DNA of 64,000 bases, taken from the sequence record DRR378314_195; one strand, given 5' to 3'. This document shows positions 19,101 to 27,568 of this stretch, piece after piece. The notes under the pieces were generated by a model that was not told the DNA's origin, ran no database searches, and saw nothing but the letters and a program-made list of their open reading frames with translations. Position 1 is the first letter of the stretch; the number at the start of each line of letters is the position of its first letter. The position numbers and the translations under genes were made by a program.

Positions 19101-19896
19101 TCGGTCGCAATCTCAACAGGTACCGGCTTCCGGGCCCCAATGGGTTCCTGAAATCGACCGCAGTATCCGCGATGGAAGTCTTTACCTGCGTGCGCAGCGG
19201 ATCATTCCGCTGACTGAAGACAACAACGGTGATATGTACGAGCTGTTGCTTGGCCTGCAAAATTCCTCCGGCCAGGAAATCTCCCCACAGAGTTACATTG
19301 AGGCTGCGGAACAGTTCCGCCGCAGCTCCCGCGTTGACCTTTGGGTCATTGATGAAGCAATGACCTGGATGGAAAAGCACTCCGACGCCATGGAGCGCAT
19401 TGAGACGTTTAACATCAACCTCTCCGGCGCCTCATTGAGTGACGACGCCTTCCTGTTTGCCCTTGAATCCAGGATGAAGAAGCACAGCGACCTCACCAAT
19501 CGAATCTGTTTCGAAGTGACCGAGACATCCGCTGTTGCAAACCTGCACTACGCCGCCGACTTCATGACCGAGATGAAGCGGCTTGGGTGCCGGTTTGCGC
19601 TGGACGACTTCGGGACCGGCCTGTCCTCCTATGCCTATCTGCAGAAACTACCAGTGGACTACGTCAAGGTAGACGGCATATTCGTCCGTGACATGGCCAC
19701 CAACCTGACCAACTATGCTCTGGTTCGATCCATTACCGAGTTGTGTCACTTCCTGGACATAAAAACCATTGCCGAATACGTGGAGGACATGGAGACACTG
19801 GAACTGCTGAAAGAAATCCAGGTGGACTTCGGACAGGGGTTCTGTATTGCAAAACCCCGTCGAATGGATAGCCTGGGAGCCACCGGAAAAGCCTGA
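16195..19896 (+). CDS. DUF1631-like domain + GGDEF (GGNEF variant) + EAL protein
   Basis: HDALTG, RLGGNEF, YELLL, FEVTET, DDFGTGLSS, KVDG, AEYVE, QGF; long helical N-terminal region. Confidence 0.85.
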   Translation: MTESQIGAASLRQNALVVVRGFTPCGCELLETSRNAERTQLTLAKLTSPALIQQLGESDHTRAELFLFDGTHPTRVSGDIQTDHGDKVRMTCDSQAGDLIKHLQQQPPKHPSQAAANPPMPPLREMYQQHTQRLLGALVANFIDQACDRIGHDLEQAAEVREITRLKDMRFIFNSRREQIYRDFTLQFQAFNRELNPGEDDENNSGELKVVEQHVFEDWLELQMVASELASKQANTLFVLSQLLNQLFFRDINDRNNPLSPLSLCTCLQFTIDRLGIARQHRGTLYLAFETVLDDLWPRAVASLNRDLLEAGLRALDLTSLPSNWSLRESDKLRDTTTEATSVGAETESPATKETAGSAPGRALLRLMSLQQTEASGIRESWPRTNPQFTAELRPHRDDLRKILGRPAPSMEEAIRNLASSNPDLDQSLDDGTWDKVTLVDRLFAPLEHEPGLNEALKEQLEQLRLPVFEVLLETSEFLDHENHPARTIVNDLMRLCLAERSSSRNLEQTVAGIIDELIQAEERDDAFYRSIGTRLRDLVERQERSFQRNSERIAKTLEGKERLRQTRLGVQRRLTMILTGKDVPSVLLDLLKAGWEQLIVLAVLREGPESQTATSFINIIEQIRLWLSGGETSTDLAFERELESDALVQLIDRELRTVGEVSPVRDVVARLTRELRQQEPIETVTLDSYPPGTGQPEETEAAPELDDNRWVRRAQDIDVGDWVEIALDTGERRRMRLVWGGKDLFRFVFLSPQGLGEVSYQYPEFISKLARGEAWLVKQGDIPFVDQSLFDIVQGVYSKLNFEATHDALTGCLHRHDFEKQLAQALSKMDSSPGSHTLMVFDIDEFSVINATYGTGVGDELLKRFARLLQAHGAEHPGDHCIGRLGGNEFALMADNMAVEEGLDFSERLRGAFRKATHTVDDTEFSATLSASVCPFDDTLRSAGELINQANLALKSAKKKGGNSVELVRSQSQQVPASGPQWVPEIDRSIRDGSLYLRAQRIIPLTEDNNGDMYELLLGLQNSSGQEISPQSYIEAAEQFRRSSRVDLWVIDEAMTWMEKHSDAMERIETFNINLSGASLSDDAFLFALESRMKKHSDLTNRICFEVTETSAVANLHYAADFMTEMKRLGCRFALDDFGTGLSSYAYLQKLPVDYVKVDGIFVRDMATNLTNYALVRSITELCHFLDIKTIAEYVEDMETLELLKEIQVDFGQGFCIAKPRRMDSLGATGKA

Positions 19897-19931
19897 AACA
19901 TCACAATCCACGAACTGACTGGAGACCGCCC

Positions 19932-20216
19932 ATGCCAAACAGCGTACACATCACTTACTGTACCGGCTGCAAATGGATGCTGCGATCTGCCTGGATGGCC
20001 CAGGAACTGTTGAGCACCTTTGAGGAAGAGCTGAGCGAACTGACGCTGATACCGGGCACTGGCGGCATTTTTGAAATTCACGTCAATGGCAAACGGATAT
20101 GGTCACGTAAGGAACAGCAAGGCTTTCCGGACATCCGGGAGCTGAAGCAACTGGTTCGCAATGAAGTCTCGCCTGATCGATCCCTCGGCCATACCGACGG
20201 GGTACCAACGGCCTGA
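19932..20216 (+). CDS. SelT/SelW/SelH (Rdx) family protein
   Basis: YCTGCKW, RSAWMAQELLSTF, GGIFEI, GFPD. Confidence 0.93.
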   Translation: MPNSVHITYCTGCKWMLRSAWMAQELLSTFEEELSELTLIPGTGGIFEIHVNGKRIWSRKEQQGFPDIRELKQLVRNEVSPDRSLGHTDGVPTA

Positions 20217-20383
20217 TCAGCCCCCTGTGTGCCTGGTAGATGACCCTTGTTGCAACAGACCAGCGCGGTGAATCCATTTATTTGCGCCCGGACCTTAGAC
20301 ATTGGTTTCGTTGTGTCTTGCTGCACAGGACGTTTCAGGCCACTATCATGACTTCTCTATTTGCGATAACGAAAAGGCACCGC

Positions 20384-21091
20384 ATGTTTCTCGAACGCTA
20401 CCACGCCATCCAGGACGGACACGTACTGATCAGCGCGACCCAGGCCAGCCGATTTGCCAAGGAAGTGGCCGGTGACTTCAATCCGATACACAACCCGGAT
20501 GCCCGGCGTTTCTGTGTGCCGGGAGACCTGCTCTTTGCCCTCCTGTTGTCGCATTTCGGGCTGTCCCGGAACATGACGTTTCACTTCCGCAGCCTGCTGG
20601 GTGATAACGTTCCACTGGCGTTTCGCGAGGACGACGACGGCGTAATCCGCGTCTACGACCAGAAAGACAAGGTCTACATTGAAGTGGAGCGCAGTGGCGA
20701 GCGAACTCAAGATGCTACCGTGATTGAGAACTTCACCCGCTGTTATGTGGCGGCTTCCGGCAAAAACTTCCCTCATACCCTCAAACCGCTGATGGAAAAC
20801 GAGGGCGTGATGTTCAATCCAGACCGCCCAATGATCATGTATCAAAGTATGAGCCTGGCGCTGGATACGCTGGATGCGCCCAGCCCTGACCTTGAGCTCC
20901 ACAACGCAGAGTTGAAGCCGGACGGAAAGCGGGGCAATGTCTCGTTGGATTACCGTCTGATTTCAGACGGCAATGTTGCCGGCGAAGTCTCCAAGAAGCT
21001 GGTCGTCAGCGGCCTCCGCGACTACGACCCCGACGCCATGGACGCGGTGGTCGAGGAATTCTACCGGCTCAAGGAAAAATCCTGGGATTAA
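20384..21091 (+). CDS. DUF3581 family protein (hotdog-like)
   Basis: QASRFAKEVAGDFNPIHNPDARRFCVPGDLLF; SGKNFPH. Confidence 0.8.
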   Translation: MFLERYHAIQDGHVLISATQASRFAKEVAGDFNPIHNPDARRFCVPGDLLFALLLSHFGLSRNMTFHFRSLLGDNVPLAFREDDDGVIRVYDQKDKVYIEVERSGERTQDATVIENFTRCYVAASGKNFPHTLKPLMENEGVMFNPDRPMIMYQSMSLALDTLDAPSPDLELHNAELKPDGKRGNVSLDYRLISDGNVAGEVSKKLVVSGLRDYDPDAMDAVVEEFYRLKEKSWD

Positions 21092-21104
21092 TGGACCCTC
21101 GCTG

Positions 21105-21563
21105 ATGTCAACGCCAGTAAGCCAGGAAGAAAAGCAGGCTGCCCTGGCCCGCCTGAACCGATTCAGTCAGATGGCCGATAACGCCATCGGTATCCCCTTC
21201 ACGCGCTTCCGAATCGGACTGGAGCCCATCATCGGCCTCGTGCCGGTACTGGGCGACCTGGCAGGGCTGGTCATGTCCTTTTATGTGCTTCTGGAGGCAC
21301 AACGTGCCGGTGCCAGCACCCAGGTTAAACAGCGAATGGTCAAAAACATGCTGATCGACTTCTTCGGCGGCCTTGTGCCCATCGTCGGAGACGCCTTTGA
21401 CTTCGCCTGGAAAGCCAATGTCCGGAATACCCAACTGCTCCGGGAGTACTTGGAAACCGAGCTGAACGTGCAGCAAAAGCCCCCGTTTCCCTGGAAGCAG
21501 CTCCTGGTGATTGTGGGAAGTCTCGCGGTGTTCACCGCCCTCGTGGTGGTTTTCGCCCTCTGA
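21105..21563 (+). CDS. DUF4112 domain protein
   Basis: FRIGLEPIIGLVPVLGD, VPIVGDAFDFAWKANVRN. Confidence 0.88.
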   Translation: MSTPVSQEEKQAALARLNRFSQMADNAIGIPFTRFRIGLEPIIGLVPVLGDLAGLVMSFYVLLEAQRAGASTQVKQRMVKNMLIDFFGGLVPIVGDAFDFAWKANVRNTQLLREYLETELNVQQKPPFPWKQLLVIVGSLAVFTALVVVFAL

Positions 21564-21649
21564 CTCAGGGTCACTACGGATTTAACCCCAACGCGTTATG
21601 GCCTTAACTCTGTGAATGTCACCCTGTCATCACCAAGAGGACAGACATC

Positions 21650-21868
21650 ATGGCAAAGACCCAATGCACCAACTGCGGGGCCAGCCTTCCGTCACAAGCG
21701 CCAAAATGCCCGGAATGCGGGAGCCTACAGAGCTCAAGACCCCGAATGGTTATCGGCGCCGCTGGTGTTCTGATCGCAGCCCTGGCCATCGTTCTCGGCG
21801 CGATCTATGTTATAGCCAAGGACGAACCCGCCAATCCGGCCGGTAGCACCACCGAAATCAGACCCTAG
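21650..21868 (+). CDS. Small zinc-ribbon membrane protein
   Basis: CTNC-x10-CPEC followed by one TM helix; GAGGA SD. Confidence 0.7.
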   Translation: MAKTQCTNCGASLPSQAPKCPECGSLQSSRPRMVIGAAGVLIAALAIVLGAIYVIAKDEPANPAGSTTEIRP

Positions 21869-21896
21869 CGTCGCGTCCTGGCTACTCTAAAAAAGC

Positions 21897-21907
21897 ATAA
21901 CAACAAA
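21897..21907 (+). promoter_or_regulatory. A-rich CA motif (Hfq/Crc-type) next to the RBS
   Basis: ATAACAACAAA just upstream of the GAGG SD. Confidence 0.45.
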
Positions 21908-21920
21908 CCGTGAGGCACTC

Positions 21921-23804
21921 ATGAGCGATACAACACCCGATACGACCTGGGACTATCTGATCCAGGGCGCCAAGGTCTTTGACGGGAGTGGCGAGTTGCC
22001 TGCCCGCGAGGACATCGCCATTGCCGATGGCAGGATCGCTGCTCGAGGTCCGGATCTCGACCCGCATAAGGCTCGCAACGTTATCGATGCCAGTGAGCGC
22101 TGGGCCATGCCGGGGTCGTTTGATATCCACACCCACTACGACCTGGAGCTGGAGGTTGCCCCCGGCCTGCCCGAATCCGTACGCCATGGCACCACCACGG
22201 TGGTCATTGCCAACTGTAGCCTGGGGCTGGCCTTTGGCGCGCAACGCAAGGACGGTGCAGACCCGATTGTGGATTGTTACGCCCGGGTGGAGAACATTCC
22301 CAAGGACGTCCTGCGGGCAACCGCCGATCGAGTGGACTGGAAGAACCCGAAAGAATACATCCAGCATCTGAACAAGCTTAGCCTGGGCCCCAACCTGGTC
22401 ACGATGGTGCCCCATTCCATGTTGCGGATTGAAGTGATGGGATTCGACGCCAGCATCTCCCGTGATCCAACGGACGATGAGCTTCAGGCCATGGAGAGCT
22501 TGCTGGAGCAGGCCATGGACGACGGCTATGCCGGGTTCTCCACTGACGCTCTGCCGTTTCACTACCTGGCCAATCAACCCAATACCCGCAAGACCATACC
22601 GACACAGTTCGCCAAATACCCGGAAATCAAACGGCTAACGGACGTCGTTCGGCGCAAGGGCGGCGTCTGGCAGGCCACACCGCCGAAAGACAGCACCATA
22701 GGCACCATCAAGACGTTCCTGCTCAGTTGTGGGCGCCTGCATGGAAAGCCTCTCAAGACTACCGTTGTCGCCGCCCTGGACGTACAGAGCAATCGCAAAA
22801 TTGTGCGGCTGGCGAGATTACTGGCCCGGGTGCTCAACTCCCGCTTGTTGAAAGGGGACTTCCACCTGCAGGCCCTGGCCGCCCCCTTCAAGGTATGGTC
22901 CGATGGCGCCGTAACGCCACTCTCCGAGGAAATCGAGGAGCTGCGCATTCTCAACGAGACCGAACTCGAAGACCGGGAAGGCAGGCTGAAGATTCTCAAT
23001 GATCCTGCCTACATCAAATCGTTCAAAGCCATGTGGATGAGTGGCAAAACCGGGTTCGGTCTGAAGCGACTGAAACGTTTGGTGCGCCTCGAAGACTACG
23101 CGTTCAACCGCACCCTCGCGGACATGACCATCGACGTCTGCCCCCTGAAGGACTGGGAAGGCAAAACCTTCGCCGAGATCTTTGCACGTGTGAATACCGC
23201 CAACGCGGGAAGACCGCTTGAAAGCAACGCCCCAGAAAAGGCCGTTCTGAAGGACCATTTTTCCAACGTGAAAGACGAAGGCGATTTCGTACTGGCGATG
23301 TTGCGGGCGTTCGACCGTGACCTGAGCTGGTACACGGTGTCCGCCAATCGGGATGACCGCGTTGTTCGCAACCTCCTGATGGACCGCCAGCTCCTGCCGG
23401 GCTTCAACGACAGTGGCGCCCACCTTACCAACATGGCCTTCTACGATGGCAACCTTAGGGCATTGAAACTGGCCTCGGATGGCGGCGATATGGACGTTGC
23501 ATACATGGTGCGCCGCCTCACCCGTGACCCTGCCCGCGTGTTCGGCGTCAAAGGTGGCAGCATTGAAGTGGGTGACCAGGCCGACATCACCCTGGTGGAC
23601 CCTTCCGCTCTGCGCCGCATGGACCACAACAACACCGTGAGACGTCAGTACCGCGAGGTCTTTCAGCACGAACAACTGGTCAACCGCACCGACGGAGTTG
23701 TGCCCCTGGTAATGATCGCAGGTCATCCGGCGTGGCATGGCAAGGCGTTCGACGATGCACTTGGCCAGAAAAAAATGGGCACCGTGCTGGACACCACGTT
23801 CTGA
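21921..23804 (+). CDS. N-acyl-D-amino-acid deacylase family amidohydrolase
   Basis: PGSFDIHTHYD, HGTTTVVIANCS, DSGAH, GDQADI. Confidence 0.88.
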   Translation: MSDTTPDTTWDYLIQGAKVFDGSGELPAREDIAIADGRIAARGPDLDPHKARNVIDASERWAMPGSFDIHTHYDLELEVAPGLPESVRHGTTTVVIANCSLGLAFGAQRKDGADPIVDCYARVENIPKDVLRATADRVDWKNPKEYIQHLNKLSLGPNLVTMVPHSMLRIEVMGFDASISRDPTDDELQAMESLLEQAMDDGYAGFSTDALPFHYLANQPNTRKTIPTQFAKYPEIKRLTDVVRRKGGVWQATPPKDSTIGTIKTFLLSCGRLHGKPLKTTVVAALDVQSNRKIVRLARLLARVLNSRLLKGDFHLQALAAPFKVWSDGAVTPLSEEIEELRILNETELEDREGRLKILNDPAYIKSFKAMWMSGKTGFGLKRLKRLVRLEDYAFNRTLADMTIDVCPLKDWEGKTFAEIFARVNTANAGRPLESNAPEKAVLKDHFSNVKDEGDFVLAMLRAFDRDLSWYTVSANRDDRVVRNLLMDRQLLPGFNDSGAHLTNMAFYDGNLRALKLASDGGDMDVAYMVRRLTRDPARVFGVKGGSIEVGDQADITLVDPSALRRMDHNNTVRRQYREVFQHEQLVNRTDGVVPLVMIAGHPAWHGKAFDDALGQKKMGTVLDTTF

Positions 23805-23862
23805 GGTTAACTCGCGAGCTGGTTCAGGATGGGTCCCGTTTCGGGGCAAGGGCGTTTCGCAC

Positions 23863-23896
23863 GCACTAAATTGAGTCACACTGGACTCAATGTGCA
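23863..23896. promoter_or_regulatory. Inverted repeat, candidate enhancer (NtrC-like) site
   Basis: GCAC..ATTGAGTC-N6-GACTCAAT-GTGC about 100 bp upstream of the sigma54 site. Confidence 0.4.
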
Positions 23897-23984
23897 GGCG
23901 TCGCCCCACTGCCCTGCCAGTGCCTCGTCGGAAATGCACCCCTACCGTAATGATAGTAAAGGATTTTCGTTCTTTCGGAAGATT

Positions 23985-24000
23985 CAGGCATGGGTCTTGC
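23985..24000 (+). promoter_or_regulatory. sigma54 promoter
   Basis: AGGCAT-GGGTC-TTGC (GG-N10-GC). Confidence 0.7.
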
Positions 24001-24067
24001 GTTAAATCCGGTGACATTAACCAGCGAATACCGGGGCCGCTCAAGCCCCAAGCACTGAACATTGTCC

Positions 24068-24124
24068 GGACAACGGCGTCCTCACGAACCTGACCAAAAG
24101 GTTACGTGTGGGCGCCGTTTTTTT
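24068..24124 (+). promoter_or_regulatory. ANTAR (NasT/NasR-type) leader hairpin overlapping an intrinsic terminator
   Basis: GGAC-AACGGC-GTCC hairpin (loop A1/G4) is mutually exclusive with the terminator AACGGCGTCC...GGGCGCCGTT-TTTTT. Confidence 0.75.
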
Positions 24125-24164
24125 ATGCCCGGGGAAAAATCACCGTCGAATGAGGTAATAAAGC

Positions 24165-25007
24165 ATGTCCTATCTAGTTCCGTCAGAGTTCGTCACCAAA
24201 ATGGTGGACGCGGGTGAATCCAAAGTTCACATGTCGACCCGCGACACCCTGATACGCTCCTTCATGGCCGGCGCCATCCTGGCACTGGCTGCGGTGTTTG
24301 CGGTCACTGTTGCTGTACAGAGCGGCAGTTTCCTGCTCGGAGCCGTGCTTTTTCCCGTCGGTTTTTGCATGTTGTACCTGATGGGGTTCGACCTGCTTAC
24401 CGGTGTATTCATGCTCACTCCGCTTGCCCTGCTGGATAAACGTCCCGGCGTGTCGCCAAACGCCATCCTCCGCAATTGGGGCCTGGTCTTCGTCGGTAAC
24501 TTTGCCGGGGCTCTCACGGTCGCATTCATGATGGCGTTTATCTTCACCTACGGCTTCAATACCGAACCTGGAGCGGTCGCGGAAAAAATCGCCGGTGTTG
24601 GCGAAGCCCGTACCCTCGGCTATGCCGAATACGGCGCCGCTGGCTGGTTCACCATCTTTATCCGCGGCATGCTGTGTAACTGGATGGTTTCCATGGGCGT
24701 GGTCGGTGCGATGATTTCGACCAACGTGGGCGGCAAGGTGCTGGCGATGTGGATGCCGATCATGCTGTTCTTCTTCATGGGCTTCGAGCATTCCGTCGTG
24801 AACATGTTCCTGTTCCCATTCGGGATTATTGTGGGCGGCGGTTTCTCCGTGATGGACTACCTGATCTGGAACGAAATCCCGACGGTACTGGGTAACCTGG
24901 TTGGCGGCCTCGCCTTTACCGGCCTGACCCTGTACACCACTCACATCCGCACCGGTGCCAAGCGCAAGGTCGCGAAGACCGCCAACGCTGATCGCGTACC
25001 TGCCTGA
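24165..25007 (+). CDS. Formate/nitrite transporter (FNT) family channel
   Basis: FPVG, DLLTG, GNFAG, LCNWMV, FEHSVVNMF, LGNLVGG. Confidence 0.95.
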   Translation: MSYLVPSEFVTKMVDAGESKVHMSTRDTLIRSFMAGAILALAAVFAVTVAVQSGSFLLGAVLFPVGFCMLYLMGFDLLTGVFMLTPLALLDKRPGVSPNAILRNWGLVFVGNFAGALTVAFMMAFIFTYGFNTEPGAVAEKIAGVGEARTLGYAEYGAAGWFTIFIRGMLCNWMVSMGVVGAMISTNVGGKVLAMWMPIMLFFFMGFEHSVVNMFLFPFGIIVGGGFSVMDYLIWNEIPTVLGNLVGGLAFTGLTLYTTHIRTGAKRKVAKTANADRVPA

Positions 25008-25012
25008 TCGGC

Positions 25013-26731
25013 ATGGGCACTCACCTGAAAGCCTCTGTCGGACAATGTTCCGACAGAGGCCGAAAACCATCCAACCAGGATTTTCACGGTTGCACCATGC
25101 CCGCTGAGCCACGCCTCAGCATGAAGGGCATGGCCTTCGCCATGGCCGACGGCATCAGCAGCAGCGACGTGAGCCACGTGGCCAGCGAAACCGCAATCAA
25201 AAGCTTCCTTGACGACTATTACTGCACGTCAGAGGCCTGGTCGGTCCGCAAATCCGCCGAACGGGTTCTGACAGCTACGAACTCGTGGCTTCATGCCCAG
25301 ACACGGAATGGTCCCCACCGGTACGAGAAAGACAAGGGCTATGTCTGTACGCTCAGTGCTCTGGTGTTGAAAGCCTCAACGGCGTACCTGTTTCACGTCG
25401 GTGACACTCGTATTTACCGGCTGCGCGACAACGGCCTTGAACAGCTTACCAATGATCATCGGCTGTGGGTGTCCCAGGAAGAAAACTACCTCAGCCGGGC
25501 CCTGGGGGCGGATTCACTGCTGGAAGTTGATCACCAATCGCTGCCTCTGCAGGAAGGGGACATCTTTATTCTCACCACGGACGGTGTCCATGAGCATGCC
25601 GATACTCACCAACTGATCCGCACGATCAAACAGCATTCGTCGGATCTCGACGCCGCCGCCAAAGCGATTGTTGAAGCCGCCTACGAAAACGGGAGTCACG
25701 ACAACCTCAGCATCCAGATTGTGCGCGTCGATCAACTGCCGGAGCAAAAGCCCGCAGAACTCCATCGGCAAATGGACGCCTTGCCGTTTCCGCCCATACT
25801 GGAAGCACGACAGGCCTTCGACGGCTACACCATACTTCGAGAATTGCACGCCACCAGCCGCAGCCACGTGTATCTGGCGCTGGATCCAGAGACCCACACA
25901 CAGGTCATCCTGAAAACCCCGTCCATCGATCTGAGGGGCGACCCGGGCTATCTCGAGCGATTCCTGATGGAAGAATGGATCGCGCGGCGCGTGAACAGCG
26001 CCCACATTCTGAAGGCCGGCTTGCAGGAGCGTCAGCGCAACTTCCTCTACACCGTGACAGAGTACATTGAGGGGCAAACCCTCAAACAATGGCTGATCGA
26101 CAACCCCAAGCCCGACCTGGAAACCGTGCGAGGCATCGTGGCACAAGTGGCCCGGGGGCTCTATGCATTGCACCGCATGGAGATCCTGCACCAGGATATC
26201 CGGCCCGAGAACATCATGATCGACACCAACGGCACGGTAAAAATCATCGATTTCGGATCCGCCCGAGTGGCCGGTATTGTGGAAGCGACGACTCTGGAAC
26301 CCAACGAGGTACCCGGTACCGCACTCTACATGGCGCCGGAATACTTCATGGGCGAAACCGGCACCGCCTGCGCAGACCTCTACTCACTGGGTGTGCTCAC
26401 CTACCACATGCTGTCCGGCAGGTTTCCCTACGGCACCCAAGTTGCCAAATCCCGCACGGCCTCTGCCATGCGCAGGCTCAACTACGCCTCCGTGCTGGAT
26501 GATGACCGGGAAATTCCCGCCTGGATCGATGAGACTCTAAAAAAGGCCGTGCACCCGAATCCGGACAAACGCTATCAGGAACTGTCCGAGTTTACCTTCG
26601 ACCTCCGGCACCCTAGCCAGAACTACCTCAACAAAACCCGCCCGCCACTGCTTGAGCGCAACCCTGTGGCGTTCTGGCAGGGTGTCTCCGCAATGCTCGC
26701 ATGCATTGTTATTTATCTACTTGACCAGTGA
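25013..26731 (+). CDS. Bifunctional PP2C phosphatase / Ser-Thr protein kinase
   Basis: ADG, HVGDTR, TTDG, DNLS; VILK, HQDIRPEN, DFG, APE; C-terminal TM helix. Confidence 0.93.
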   Translation: MGTHLKASVGQCSDRGRKPSNQDFHGCTMPAEPRLSMKGMAFAMADGISSSDVSHVASETAIKSFLDDYYCTSEAWSVRKSAERVLTATNSWLHAQTRNGPHRYEKDKGYVCTLSALVLKASTAYLFHVGDTRIYRLRDNGLEQLTNDHRLWVSQEENYLSRALGADSLLEVDHQSLPLQEGDIFILTTDGVHEHADTHQLIRTIKQHSSDLDAAAKAIVEAAYENGSHDNLSIQIVRVDQLPEQKPAELHRQMDALPFPPILEARQAFDGYTILRELHATSRSHVYLALDPETHTQVILKTPSIDLRGDPGYLERFLMEEWIARRVNSAHILKAGLQERQRNFLYTVTEYIEGQTLKQWLIDNPKPDLETVRGIVAQVARGLYALHRMEILHQDIRPENIMIDTNGTVKIIDFGSARVAGIVEATTLEPNEVPGTALYMAPEYFMGETGTACADLYSLGVLTYHMLSGRFPYGTQVAKSRTASAMRRLNYASVLDDDREIPAWIDETLKKAVHPNPDKRYQELSEFTFDLRHPSQNYLNKTRPPLLERNPVAFWQGVSAMLACIVIYLLDQ

Positions 26732-26824
26732 AATCACGCTTCAAATACAATCAAACCGGACCCAAACTGTTTAAAACAGCACCCAACCTTGCCAACAGTG
26801 TCACGTGTCTAATAGGGTCGGATC

Positions 26825-27568
26825 ATGGAACAGAATATTGCTGCCGCACAGATCGCTTTTCTTTACCCCGGTCACGCAGCCGAGGATGATTACCCCCGGC
26901 TGGCCAAAATGATCTCGCCGGTGGCGGACGTGACGGTCGTTCATACGGAATTCGACGAAGATGCCCACGCCGTCGAAGCCCTTACGGAAATGGGGAGCCC
27001 ACAACGCCTGACCGAAGGCGCCATACACCTCAAGGATGCAAGCCTGGACGCCGTTCTATGGACATCCACCAGCGCCAGTTTTGTTCGTGGCATTGAGGGT
27101 ATCCGGGAACAGATTGAAACGCTGGAAAACCTGCTCCATATTCCGGCCTCCACCACCGCGATGGCCTTTGCGCGAGCCGTAACAGCCGTCAACGCAAAGC
27201 GAGTCGCCATCGCGGCCACTTATCCGCAGGACGTCGCTTTGCGTTTCCAGGCGTTTCTGGAGCATTTTGATATCGAGGTAGTGCACCTGACCTGTCACGG
27301 CATCCCAACGGCCGCAGAGGTTGGCACACTGGAGAAAGACGCTGTGCTGCAATTCGCAACAGCCAACGACCACCCGGAGGCTGACGCATTATTGGTGCCG
27401 GATACCGCACTGCATTCCGCCGCCTGGCTGGACGATCTGGAGGCAGCCGCGGGCAAACCGGTACTGACCGCCAACCAGGTCAGTTTCTGGGAGGCACTGA
27501 GACTGTGCGGTAAACTGACGCCACAATCAGGCCTTGGCACCCTGTTCAGCGCGGACCCGTGGAACTAG
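26825..27568 (+). CDS. Maleate isomerase / Asp-Glu racemase superfamily protein
   Basis: xTSxSF motif, RVAIAATY, LEAAAGKPVLTANQVSFW. Confidence 0.8.
   Translation: MEQNIAAAQIAFLYPGHAAEDDYPRLAKMISPVADVTVVHTEFDEDAHAVEALTEMGSPQRLTEGAIHLKDASLDAVLWTSTSASFVRGIEGIREQIETLENLLHIPASTTAMAFARAVTAVNAKRVAIAATYPQDVALRFQAFLEHFDIEVVHLTCHGIPTAAEVGTLEKDAVLQFATANDHPEADALLVPDTALHSAAWLDDLEAAAGKPVLTANQVSFWEALRLCGKLTPQSGLGTLFSADPWN

Noticed and set aside
17965..19380. Long antisense ORFs (471 aa here; also 22818-24062, 24183-25112, 3098-4018, 36171-37010)
   Set aside because: They lie opposite well-supported genes and have no motifs; expected shadows of GC-rich codon usage
19932..20216. Possible selenoprotein
   Set aside because: The motif is CxxC (TGT..TGC), with no in-frame TGA
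26767..26779. CTGT-TTAAA-ACAG as a second SOS box
   Set aside because: Spacer is 5 nt, not 8
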